From contig JABDDC010000006.1 of the NCBI GenBank assembly GCA_013287815.1, positions 959-64,958 of the forward strand: 64,000 nucleotides of DNA, in the 5' to 3' direction. The DNA is from Chlamydiota bacterium. GTDB lineage: Bacteria; Chlamydiota; Chlamydiia; Chlamydiales; Parachlamydiaceae. Within the stretch, counting starts at the first letter, position 1. Every line of letters begins with the position of its first letter. A program made the position numbers and the translations under genes. The notes beneath the pieces are model-generated. The model saw nothing but the letters and a program-made list of their open reading frames with translations, was not told the origin of the DNA and searched no databases. Shown here in pieces: positions 1-7,666 of the stretch.

Positions 1-1
1 C

Positions 2-136
2 GCTTTAACAGCCCACGCAATGGTTGGAGATAAAGAAAAAACATTGGCTGCTGGTTGTGATGATTATGATACAAAGCCTATTGATTTTCCCCGGCTTATG
101 GATAAAATTCAGAAGTATTTGCAAGTTGCAAGCTGA
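2..136 (+). CDS. 3' end of a gene cut by the window edge: C-terminal part of a CheY-like receiver domain (response regulator or hybrid kinase)
   Basis: Frame 2 reads [44 protein letters not shown]. The pattern LTA..M......AG.DDY..KPI is the typical end of REC domains (conserved KP). It has no start in the window, so it is absent from the ORF track. Confidence 0.6.
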   Translation, partial: ALTAHAMVGDKEKTLAAGCDDYDTKPIDFPRLMDKIQKYLQVAS

Positions 137-142
137 AATAGG

Positions 143-162
143 TATACTGCGGGGCGCTGAAA
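143..162. repeat. Solo terminal fragment of palindromic repeat family 2
   Basis: tatactgcggggcgctgaaa matches the left terminus of the element at 50988 (tatactgcggggcgttgaaa) with one mismatch. No partner arm is visible. Confidence 0.4.
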
Positions 163-242
163 AAAAATATTGAGCGAAAATTAATTTTAGGCCATAAGAA
201 GTAAATGAACCTAATTGCAAGACATATCAACAAGGATTAAAC

Positions 243-608
243 ATGAAGAAATTAAACAAGTCAGTTGCCTTGACATGCCTGTTAGCTTTGCTATCAGCTC
301 AAGTACAAGGACAAGCATACGATGACAATGCTCCAAGCGAAGGACAAGAATACGCTGGCAGCATCACTCCAACGCAAGGAGAAGAACATGCTGACAGTAG
401 CGCTGCTTATAACGAAAGTGGAACGGCCTCTATCATGTCTGGAATAATTCCTCTGGGCACTGTGGTTATTTTCGGTATACTGATTGCTTCAACTTATCGT
501 AATAAAGAAGTAAGCGTCAGCAGCTCAAGTCTCGGTTTCAGCAACTTCTCTCATGGTCACTTTAGCAAGACCAGCTCTAGCTCCAGCTCTAGCTCAAGTT
601 CACCCTAA
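243..608 (+). CDS. Small secreted / membrane-anchored protein with an internal acidic repeat and a poly-Ser tail
   Basis: Signal-peptide-like N-terminus (MKKLNKSVALTCLLALLSAQVQG). Two similar EGQEYAGS / QGEEHADS units. One hydrophobic helix (IMSGIIPLGTVVIFGILIAS). The C-terminal tail is SSSSSSSSSSSP. No family recognised. Confidence 0.5.
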   Translation: MKKLNKSVALTCLLALLSAQVQGQAYDDNAPSEGQEYAGSITPTQGEEHADSSAAYNESGTASIMSGIIPLGTVVIFGILIASTYRNKEVSVSSSSLGFSNFSHGHFSKTSSSSSSSSSSP

Positions 609-745
609 ACGCTTGGCGTAAATTCGCTTACGGAGCCCTGGAGTGCGCGTGCTCTGCACGACCTTCTGGCATTATTGTGGAACGACTTAATAAAATTGTA
701 GATTCCATCGCATTGCTTTACAGCCTCTTCAAGGGGGAGTTTTTT

Positions 746-1594
746 ATGGTAACTCATGTTTTTCCTGGACAAGGATCACAGGCAATCGGGATGGGCGGTC
801 CCCTCTTCACGGAATTCCCAACAGAGGTGCAAAAAGCCGATCAGATATTAGGCTATTCGATTGAAAAGCTTTGCAAGGAAAATCCGAATGATCAAATATC
901 TCAAACCGAATTCACACAGCCGGCACTTTATGTGGTCAGTGCACTTTCTTATTTAAAAAAGCTTGCAGATACGGAACAAAAACCAAAATTCACTGCAGGA
1001 CATAGCTTGGGTGAATATAATGCACTACTTGCAGCCGAGGTTTTTGATTTTGAAACTGGCTTAAAATTGGTTCAAAAAAGGGGCCGTTTAATGGCTGCAG
1101 CAAAGGTAGGAGGCATGGCAGCTGTCATTGGCTTGCGGCCGGATGATGTCCAAAAGGTACTGCAACAGGAGAACCTCAATCAATTAACAATTGCCAACTA
1201 CAACTCAAAAAGTCAAATAGTTATTTCTGGAGCAAGAGATGAAATCAAGAGAGCTGAATCCTTATTTACTAAAGCTGGGGCCAAGTTATATGTTATATTA
1301 AAGGTCAGTGGAGCTTTTCATTCCCCTCTTATGAATGACGCTAAGCAAGAATTTGAATCATTTCTCAACAATTTTAACTTTTCACCGCCTAAAATCCCTG
1401 TCATCGCCAACATCAGCGCAAAGCCTTACGAACCCGATGAGATCAAATCGACATTGGCAAGTCAGATCAATCATCCAGTTATGTGGACGCAAACGATAGA
1501 ATATCTCATCGCCCAGGGAGAAACAGCTTTTGAAGAGATTGGACCGGGAAAGGTATTAGCGGGGCTGATAGCACGCATCCAGAAAGGGCAATAG
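746..1594 (+). CDS. fabD: Malonyl-CoA:ACP transacylase
   Basis: VFPGQGSQ start motif, GHSLGEYNAL active-site Ser motif and SGAFHSPLM. The ATG at 746 is preceded by aagggggag. The ORF track starts at an upstream GTG (677), which is probably too long. Confidence 0.85.
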   Translation: MVTHVFPGQGSQAIGMGGPLFTEFPTEVQKADQILGYSIEKLCKENPNDQISQTEFTQPALYVVSALSYLKKLADTEQKPKFTAGHSLGEYNALLAAEVFDFETGLKLVQKRGRLMAAAKVGGMAAVIGLRPDDVQKVLQQENLNQLTIANYNSKSQIVISGARDEIKRAESLFTKAGAKLYVILKVSGAFHSPLMNDAKQEFESFLNNFNFSPPKIPVIANISAKPYEPDEIKSTLASQINHPVMWTQTIEYLIAQGETAFEEIGPGKVLAGLIARIQKGQ

Positions 1595-1625
1595 TTATAA
1601 TCCTAGAAACGGCGATTGGAAGGGG

Positions 1626-2315
1626 GTGCCAGACGCAAGATTTTGCGTACGCTATAAACAGATTGTGGAGCGGCTTGTGGAAGGGAGCGCAACGCTGGAA
1701 CAAATTTGCTCTGCATTGAATTTAGAAAAAGGGGGAACCATTAGTGAATATCTCGAAGATTTGGTGGAGACAAGCTATATTGTTCGGGATCACACATGGA
1801 ATATTAAAGATGGTAAAGAATCCAATTTGTGCAAGTTCCGCCTTAAAGATAACTATCTGCGTTTTTATCTGAAATATATAGAACCCAAGCGTACCCAGAT
1901 TGAAAAAAATAGGGTTGTGGTGCCACCGTCATGGACAACGGTAATGGGACTGCAATTTGAAAATCTGGTGCTTAATAACTTTCATCGTGACTATGAACTC
2001 TTGGGAATAGACCCAGGAGAAGTGATTTATGACAATCCTTACTTCCAACGCCCAACAAAAACACATTCGGGATGCCAAGTTGATTATATGATACAAACCA
2101 GATTCAACACTCTCTATATTTGTGAAATCAAGTTTTCCAAAGAAAAGATTGGCCTTTCCGTCGTAAAAGAAATAAAACAAAAAATTGATCGGCTGGCGAC
2201 ACCCAAAAAATTTTCCATCCATCCTGTCCTTATTCATGTCAACGGTGTCACTGATGAAGTGATAGAAAGTGATTTTTTTGCAAAAATAATCGATTTCAGC
2301 CAATTCCTGAATTGA
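1626..2315 (+). pseudogene. 5'-truncated ATPase (C-terminal part of a DUF234/archaeal-ATPase-type ATP-binding protein)
   Basis: It has the winged-helix-like segment and the LRFYLKYIEP motif typical of the C-terminal half of this family, but no Walker A/B region. The first codons (MPDARFC) are translated from the repeat terminus itself, so the N-terminal ATPase domain is missing. Confidence 0.55.
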
Positions 2316-2320
2316 TAGGA

Positions 2321-2390
2321 GCTCCGAAGGAGCGGCAGAAGTGTTTCCCCGGGTGTAGCGCACAGCGCAAACCCGGGGCAGCTCTTCGGG
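2321..2390. repeat. GC-rich imperfect hairpin
   Basis: gctccgaagg...ccccgggt / acccgggg...gctcttcgg pair around a gcgcacagcgc loop. GC is far above the surroundings. It shares words (gccgaaga, gctcttcg) with the palindrome at 5971-6093. Confidence 0.35.
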
Positions 2391-2495
2391 CATGGGCGCG
2401 TTCAGAAACAATCTTGACGACATTGGACTTACGCCGCCAAGCTATCTCGCACCGGGATTACTCACCTCAGCACCCAATTGCCATTTTTAGGTTTA

Positions 2496-3299
2496 TTATG
2501 GAATTCCTTTTACGATAAGGATTCCTATAGCATAGGTATAAAAATATGCTCTGGGTGCTACTATAGGCTGCTTAATAGCTCTCCATTGCCAATATATATC
2601 AGCTTTGACATCCTCAAAAAATTTCCCCAATGGGGCATAACTCATTTGAACTCCAATCCTAAATCTATTATCGAAGAGCCCACCCACGTTTCTGTTTGTT
2701 CCCCGATAAAACCCTTCATTATAAATAAAGGGGTTGATTTTAAATTTGGTGTACTTCCAGGGTGAATGGAGATTTTGGAGTAGTCTAAACTGTGTAGAAT
2801 ATCCATAGTGGCTGCTTTCTGGACAAGCATAATCTAACCTCGTACGAAGAGTGTAATTCCAGTCGCGCCAACCAAAAAAAAATAGCGCCCAAATGGCAGG
2901 GATATTATGAGTCACCCATTTGACCTCGGACACGACAACACCACCTTTATTTATGGGAAAACTAGGTGCGATTGTATTTCGTCTTGCTAACTCAACAGTA
3001 AAAAAAACGCCTTTAAGAAGGGATTCTTTTTTATCAATTTTTCCAAGCAACTTGTCCATCACGTCAAATTCCATTCCGATAGCTTGATAATTAAAGAAGT
3101 ACTTACTATAGTCATTACCCCAATCATTAATGGTAGTAAGGGTTAAAGAAACGTCTTTACAAATTTTTTGATGAACAACTGCTTCAAACCAAAATTGGTG
3201 GTCATTTTGTAGATTTAAATGACCGAGATCGGCACTGAGAGTATTTATAAGAAAGAAACACCCCACTGCAATAAAATTTCTCAATTTCGCACACAACAT
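2496..3299 (-). CDS. Hypothetical secreted protein, possibly an outer-membrane beta-barrel
   Basis: Signal-peptide-like N-terminus (…FFLINTLSA). Aromatic-rich sequence with alternating hydrophobic pattern (YFFNYQAIGMEFD, IYWQWRAI). No family confidently recognised. Confidence 0.45.
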   Translation of the reverse strand: MLCAKLRNFIAVGCFFLINTLSADLGHLNLQNDHQFWFEAVVHQKICKDVSLTLTTINDWGNDYSKYFFNYQAIGMEFDVMDKLLGKIDKKESLLKGVFFTVELARRNTIAPSFPINKGGVVVSEVKWVTHNIPAIWALFFFGWRDWNYTLRTRLDYACPESSHYGYSTQFRLLQNLHSPWKYTKFKINPFIYNEGFYRGTNRNVGGLFDNRFRIGVQMSYAPLGKFFEDVKADIYWQWRAIKQPIVAPRAYFYTYAIGILIVKGIP

Positions 3300-3341
3300 A
3301 TTTCATTCCTTGTTAATCATTAAAGAGACTTATTAATTACT

Positions 3342-4829
3342 TTAGTGGCTAGTTCCATTGATATAAGATAAGGATTTTTCGTAATCCAGCTTAGCCACCT
3401 TTTTGCAAAGTCTTGCTCCCTGGATGATGGATGACTTAAATTGGTATCCGCCATATAACGCTGCCAGACTTGCTTGTTTAACAGCGACATCAAAGGTATT
3501 CCATTTTAATAACACAGGGGCATCGGGCGTCTCACCAATTTCAATAAAAGATGAACCTAGAGCTAAAACTGTAGAGTTTCCATATCTGGAAGTCCCTGTA
3601 AAACGGGTCAAGATGTATGCAGCACCTGCGGCATAGGAACCCTGGAAAGTACCGGGAAACTCCCCAGTCGCCGGTACAGGAGAAATATAAGACTTATAAT
3701 TTTGTCCCTTGATTCTTTCTGTTCCTTTAAACGGACCACCCCAAGACCTAACGTGCTTACCATTATAAAGGAAACGGATGGCAGTAATTGGTCTTTCAGA
3801 ATTGAAATGGACTTTATTGTAGTACCCTGCAATTTGAGAGTCTAAAGAATAGTTATTTAGAATAAAAAACAACTTTATATCTTCATCCAGATCATGTGAA
3901 TCCCTTATAGACACAAATTGTGCCGCCTGATTCCATAGGCCAAAGGTTGATACAGTGGGGGCTCCCGCACTCCAAAATTCGGCTATAGCTTTTTGTTCAC
4001 TCGTCAAATGAGCGGTAATTTTCAAGATTTGCTTTGCCTCTTTTTTATATGCTTTACTTGGGTAGAGGTGGGGGCCTTTAAGCGGAAATTGATTAGCTGA
4101 TGTGAGAGCAAAAGGTGTCACAAGATCCCAAAAGGGAGTAGCAAAAACCTGAGGTGTTGTAGTTCCATCAGGAATAACCGGCTGCCATTTATTTGGATTA
4201 TTAACTACATAAGTTCCATCGTTGCTAAATAAGGTTGGAGGGTTAACCGGTATATATCCGGTATAGTCGCCGTAAGCACTTTGGGGCGGCACATGGACTA
4301 AATTAGTACCGTTCCAGAAAAATCCGGGCTGATTTCCCAACTGATTTGATCCATCATTTTGTCGAGCGTTCATCAGTTCATTGGCAACATAATTTCCTAT
4401 TCCGGCGGAATTTTCGGTATTTTTGTTTATATAAGAGGGATCTAGCCCAAGGGTAACCATCAAAGCGGAAAATGTAGCAAGTTGTGGTGCTGCGGTAAAA
4501 AGACGGACTAGGGTGCTATAAGCAGCATAACTGACTGCTATTTCCTTGTTGATTTTGGTCCTCTTTTGGCGTGGTTGCCTTAAAAGACCTCCATTCTGAG
4601 TTGAAAGGGCGAAGTCATCATAAGCTGCCCATGCATTAAACATGGCAGTATGGACAAGGAATAAAGTTCTTCCCGGTATTGCTCCAGGTTGATGAGTTTG
4701 AGAGATAGCTGTTAATGTAGCTTTATTCCAATCCAGAACGACATTACGAGCCTGTATTTCCATTCCAAGAAAGAAACAAGCAACGAGCATGCAGATGCAA
4801 AGTTGGTATTTTTGTACAGTTTTGCGCAT
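3342..4829 (-). CDS. Secreted PAP2 / vanadium-haloperoxidase-like protein with degenerate catalytic motifs
   Basis: The N-terminal VVLDWNKATLTAI...LVHTAMFNAWAAYD resembles bacterial vanadium-haloperoxidase-like proteins. KVHFNSERPITAIR fits the KxxxxxxRP motif. The PSGH-equivalent reads FPGTFQGS and the SRxxxGxH-equivalent reads AALYGGYQF, so both His are absent. Confidence 0.5.
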   Translation of the reverse strand: MRKTVQKYQLCICMLVACFFLGMEIQARNVVLDWNKATLTAISQTHQPGAIPGRTLFLVHTAMFNAWAAYDDFALSTQNGGLLRQPRQKRTKINKEIAVSYAAYSTLVRLFTAAPQLATFSALMVTLGLDPSYINKNTENSAGIGNYVANELMNARQNDGSNQLGNQPGFFWNGTNLVHVPPQSAYGDYTGYIPVNPPTLFSNDGTYVVNNPNKWQPVIPDGTTTPQVFATPFWDLVTPFALTSANQFPLKGPHLYPSKAYKKEAKQILKITAHLTSEQKAIAEFWSAGAPTVSTFGLWNQAAQFVSIRDSHDLDEDIKLFFILNNYSLDSQIAGYYNKVHFNSERPITAIRFLYNGKHVRSWGGPFKGTERIKGQNYKSYISPVPATGEFPGTFQGSYAAGAAYILTRFTGTSRYGNSTVLALGSSFIEIGETPDAPVLLKWNTFDVAVKQASLAALYGGYQFKSSIIQGARLCKKVAKLDYEKSLSYINGTSH

Positions 4830-4917
4830 AGGTCAATCCTTTATGTTTATCTTTGTCAAAGATATAGATAAGCTAAATTATAATTTCAATCAATTATTTT
4901 TTTTTGATGCCGGTGAG

Positions 4918-5886
4918 TTAAGTATAAATATTGACGCGGGACCATTTTGCATTTAACTTTTTAATCTCTTTTTCCTTGATTTTACTATTGCATAAATACA
5001 AGATTTTCAGGAGTGGGCATTTATTTATTAAATCTTCGACACCTTCCAATGTCACAGAAGTGCTACTCAAATCAACAATTTCGAGCATTGGAGAATGGTC
5101 TGCCAAAGCGATTAATCCTTCATCTGAAATTTCGATGTAATCAATAAATAGGCTTCGCAATAAGCGGCAGCTTGCAGCTATTGCATGAAGGCTCTTGTCA
5201 GTGATATGAGTGCTGCTTAGGTAAACGTTTTCCAAGTTTGGACATCCAGCAGCCAAGGTTTTGATTCCTTTATCAGTAACTTTTGTACCACTAAGGTATA
5301 TTGTCTGAAGTGAGGGACAATGAGATGCTAGCTCAGCTAGCCCTATGTCTGTAATCTGATTAAAATTTAAATAAATAGTTTGTAGATTTGGGCAACCTGA
5401 TGATAACGCCTTTAAGCCCTTGTCGGATATTCCTGTTTCGGAGAGGCAGACATTCTGTAAATTGTGACAATTTGATGATAAGAAAATAATCCCTTTGTCT
5501 GAGATACGGGTAAAAGCCAGGTCAATTTTTTGGAGTTTTGTGCAAAAGATGCCCATAGCCATAGCCCCTTCATCTGAAATATTCAAGTTGCTAAGTTCGA
5601 TGATTTCAAGCTTTGGGCAATTTGAGATGAGTGCATGGAGTCCCGTATCGTCAATTTGAGTACCGTATAAATCAATATTACGGAGATTTGGAATACAGTC
5701 TGCGACAGACTTGATAAATTCATTGGAGACATTTGTCAGGTCAGTGATAATATTAATTAATTTCAGTGTGTGAATATGATGTCCATATTTTTTCAGATGC
5801 TCAAACAGGGTTTGAGTGGAAATCATGATGGATGAATGATTAATGCGATGTGAAAATTCATTTGGATCTATGGTCTGTACTTTCAT
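4918..5886 (-). CDS. Leucine-rich repeat protein, cysteine-containing (FBXL/RNI-like) subtype
   Basis: About 10 tandem 25-aa units of the form CPNLQTIYLNFNQITDIGLAELASH. This is the CC-type LRR consensus typical of eukaryotic F-box/LRR proteins. No signal peptide and no obvious F-box. Confidence 0.8.
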   Translation of the reverse strand: MKVQTIDPNEFSHRINHSSIMISTQTLFEHLKKYGHHIHTLKLINIITDLTNVSNEFIKSVADCIPNLRNIDLYGTQIDDTGLHALISNCPKLEIIELSNLNISDEGAMAMGIFCTKLQKIDLAFTRISDKGIIFLSSNCHNLQNVCLSETGISDKGLKALSSGCPNLQTIYLNFNQITDIGLAELASHCPSLQTIYLSGTKVTDKGIKTLAAGCPNLENVYLSSTHITDKSLHAIAASCRLLRSLFIDYIEISDEGLIALADHSPMLEIVDLSSTSVTLEGVEDLINKCPLLKILYLCNSKIKEKEIKKLNAKWSRVNIYT

Positions 5887-5970
5887 AATATAATTCTAGT
5901 TCTCAATTTTATATTCTTTTTTTAACCCTAATCAAAAAAAAATAATACGTCAAACCATTTCACAAAAAAA

Positions 5971-6093
5971 CTGCCGTCACGCGAGGGCAGCGCAGCCGTT
6001 TTGGAGGGCGCGTGGCTTGCCGAAGACGCTGCGTCGCCACCACGCTCTTCGTCTTCGCGCTTCGTAAAGAGTGGTTAAAGCGGCTGTGCCGCC
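5971..6093. repeat. GC-rich nested imperfect palindrome in a divergent intergenic region
   Basis: Three pairings are visible: ctgcc/ggcag (5971-5990), ggcagcgcagccgtttt (5986-6002) with taaagcggctgtgccgcc (6076-6093), and cgaagacg (6021-6028) with cgtcttcg (6050-6057). Confidence 0.5.
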
Positions 6094-6179
6094 TAAAGTA
6101 CTGTCTCAAAAATTTGTTTTGACTTTTTTTAATATTCCCTTCTATATTCTGGAAATAAACTTCCCGGGAGCCAATCGTA

Positions 6180-7637
6180 ATGATCTGTGCTGTGATTAAA
6201 GGACCCACACTTACTGAAGTACGCGATCAGTTGAAACGGGCTATGAATGGAGCTTCAATTGTTGAGCTGCGGCTCGATTTTTTTGCCCCCGAGGCATTAA
6301 AGCATCTACAGCAGCTCCTGAACGATTTCAGCTTACCAATGATCTTCACGCTAAGACCCCTTGACCAAGGCGGAGCCTTTTCAGGATCAGAAGAACGGAG
6401 GCTGGAGCAGATCAGGAATTTTGCCAAGTTGAAACCTGCCTATTTCGACCTTGAGTACACAATTCCAGCACAATTCGCCAGTGAACTTAAAGAGGAGCAT
6501 CCCCAGATTCAGATCATCATCTCCTTTCACGATTTTGACAAGATGCCTCCATTAGAAGCAACTTTGAGCAAGCTGAAAAAAGTTCAGGGAGACCTCTATA
6601 AGATTGCTGTGATGCCCCACTCTTCAGTAGAGGCACTCTCCCTTCTCAACTTTATGAGAAGCCATCGATCTAACGTCCTGGCGATGGGGATGGGACTCTA
6701 TGGGAAAATCACCCGTATTCTTGCTCCGATCTTTGGAGGTAGGTTCGTTTATGCCAGCTTGGAAGTGGAGTTAGCTACTGCAGAGGGACAGATCACCGTT
6801 GCAGACCTCAACACCATCTATCATTATACTGATTTGAGTCCTTCCACAGCTATCTACGGACTAATTGGAAATCCCTTAGGCACGAGTTTCGGCTATTTAA
6901 CACACAATGCGGTGATGCAAGCCGTAGGGCTCGATGCCGTTTATCTGAATTTCCCTCTTTATCCGGATCAGCTGAAACAATTCCTGGAGTTGGCAAAAAC
7001 GGTAGATATTAAGGGTCTTAGCGCCACCATGCCGCTGAAAGAGATGTGCATTCCCTATCTCGATCAGATTGACCCCTGGGCAAAGAAAGCAGGCTCAGTC
7101 AATACTCTGAAAATCGAACAGGGAAAGATCAGCGGGTGCAGCACTGACGGCGATGGGGCTCTTGATTCGATTGAAGAGAAGATGCCGGTGAAAGGAAAAA
7201 AGGTGATCTTCATTGGCGCGGGTGGGGCCTGCAGGGCGGCTGCTTCTGTAGCGATCCTAAGGGGAGCAGAAGTGATCATATTAAATCGCGATGAGGAGAG
7301 GGCGATCAAACTGGCCGATGAATTGGGCTGTAAAGGCGGATCTCTGACTCAGTTGAAAGTTGAGTTCCAGCGCGGTTATCAGGTTCTGATCAATGCAACA
7401 CCGGCTCCCATGCCCATCGACCCTGAGCTGATCCTTCCTCGCAGCATTGTGATGGATATGGTTATAAGCCCCATTGAAACTCCATTTTTACTGGAAGCAA
7501 AGAAAAGAGGCTGTTCTCTCGTCTACGGCTATGAGATGTTTGCCAACCAGGCGGTAGGACAGTTTCACTTCTGGTTTAGCAAAAAAATCACTCCAGACAC
7601 TATCAAAAGGGTTGTTTGGGACCGAGTAAAAAGGTGA
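6180..7637 (+). CDS. aroDE: Bifunctional 3-dehydroquinate dehydratase (type I) / shikimate 5-dehydrogenase
   Basis: The N-terminal half has VELRLDFF and YKIAVMP (Schiff-base Lys region). The C-terminal half has YGLIGNPLGTSFGYLTHN, GLSATMPLKE, NTL, TDGDG and GAGGACRAAA (the Rossmann fold). Confidence 0.9.
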   Translation: MICAVIKGPTLTEVRDQLKRAMNGASIVELRLDFFAPEALKHLQQLLNDFSLPMIFTLRPLDQGGAFSGSEERRLEQIRNFAKLKPAYFDLEYTIPAQFASELKEEHPQIQIIISFHDFDKMPPLEATLSKLKKVQGDLYKIAVMPHSSVEALSLLNFMRSHRSNVLAMGMGLYGKITRILAPIFGGRFVYASLEVELATAEGQITVADLNTIYHYTDLSPSTAIYGLIGNPLGTSFGYLTHNAVMQAVGLDAVYLNFPLYPDQLKQFLELAKTVDIKGLSATMPLKEMCIPYLDQIDPWAKKAGSVNTLKIEQGKISGCSTDGDGALDSIEEKMPVKGKKVIFIGAGGACRAAASVAILRGAEVIILNRDEERAIKLADELGCKGGSLTQLKVEFQRGYQVLINATPAPMPIDPELILPRSIVMDMVISPIETPFLLEAKKRGCSLVYGYEMFANQAVGQFHFWFSKKITPDTIKRVVWDRVKR

Positions 7638-7666
7638 TTAAACACGCTCATGAAGATAGTGAATAA

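Larger units (their letters stand above)
1602..2491. mobile_element. TIR-bounded element (repeat family 1) carrying a truncated ATPase gene as passenger
   Basis: The left end 1602-1645 (cctagaaacggcgattggaagggggtgccagacgcaagattttg) is near-identical to the arms of the MITE at 17292-17454. The right end 2471-2491 (cacccaattgccatttttagg) is a degenerate inverted copy (cctaNaaaNggcNattgg). A possible displaced inner part lies at 2407-2420 (aacaatcttgacga). Confidence 0.4.

Noticed and set aside
5-220. 71 aa minus-strand ORF at the window start
   Set aside because: It is antisense to the receiver-domain tail (2-136), which has a convincing family pattern. Its translation is low-complexity.
1929-2423. 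164 aa minus-strand ORF overlapping the ATPase fragment and GC-rich hairpin
   Set aside because: There are no recognisable motifs, and it overlaps a frame with clear family similarity on the other strand. Its 5' part is translated from the palindromic repeat.
2312-2765. Short plus-strand ORFs (68 and 95 aa) between the ATPase fragment and the secreted-protein gene
   Set aside because: One is translated from the GC-rich hairpin and degenerate repeat terminus. The other is antisense to the 2496-3299 gene. Neither has motifs or a start context.
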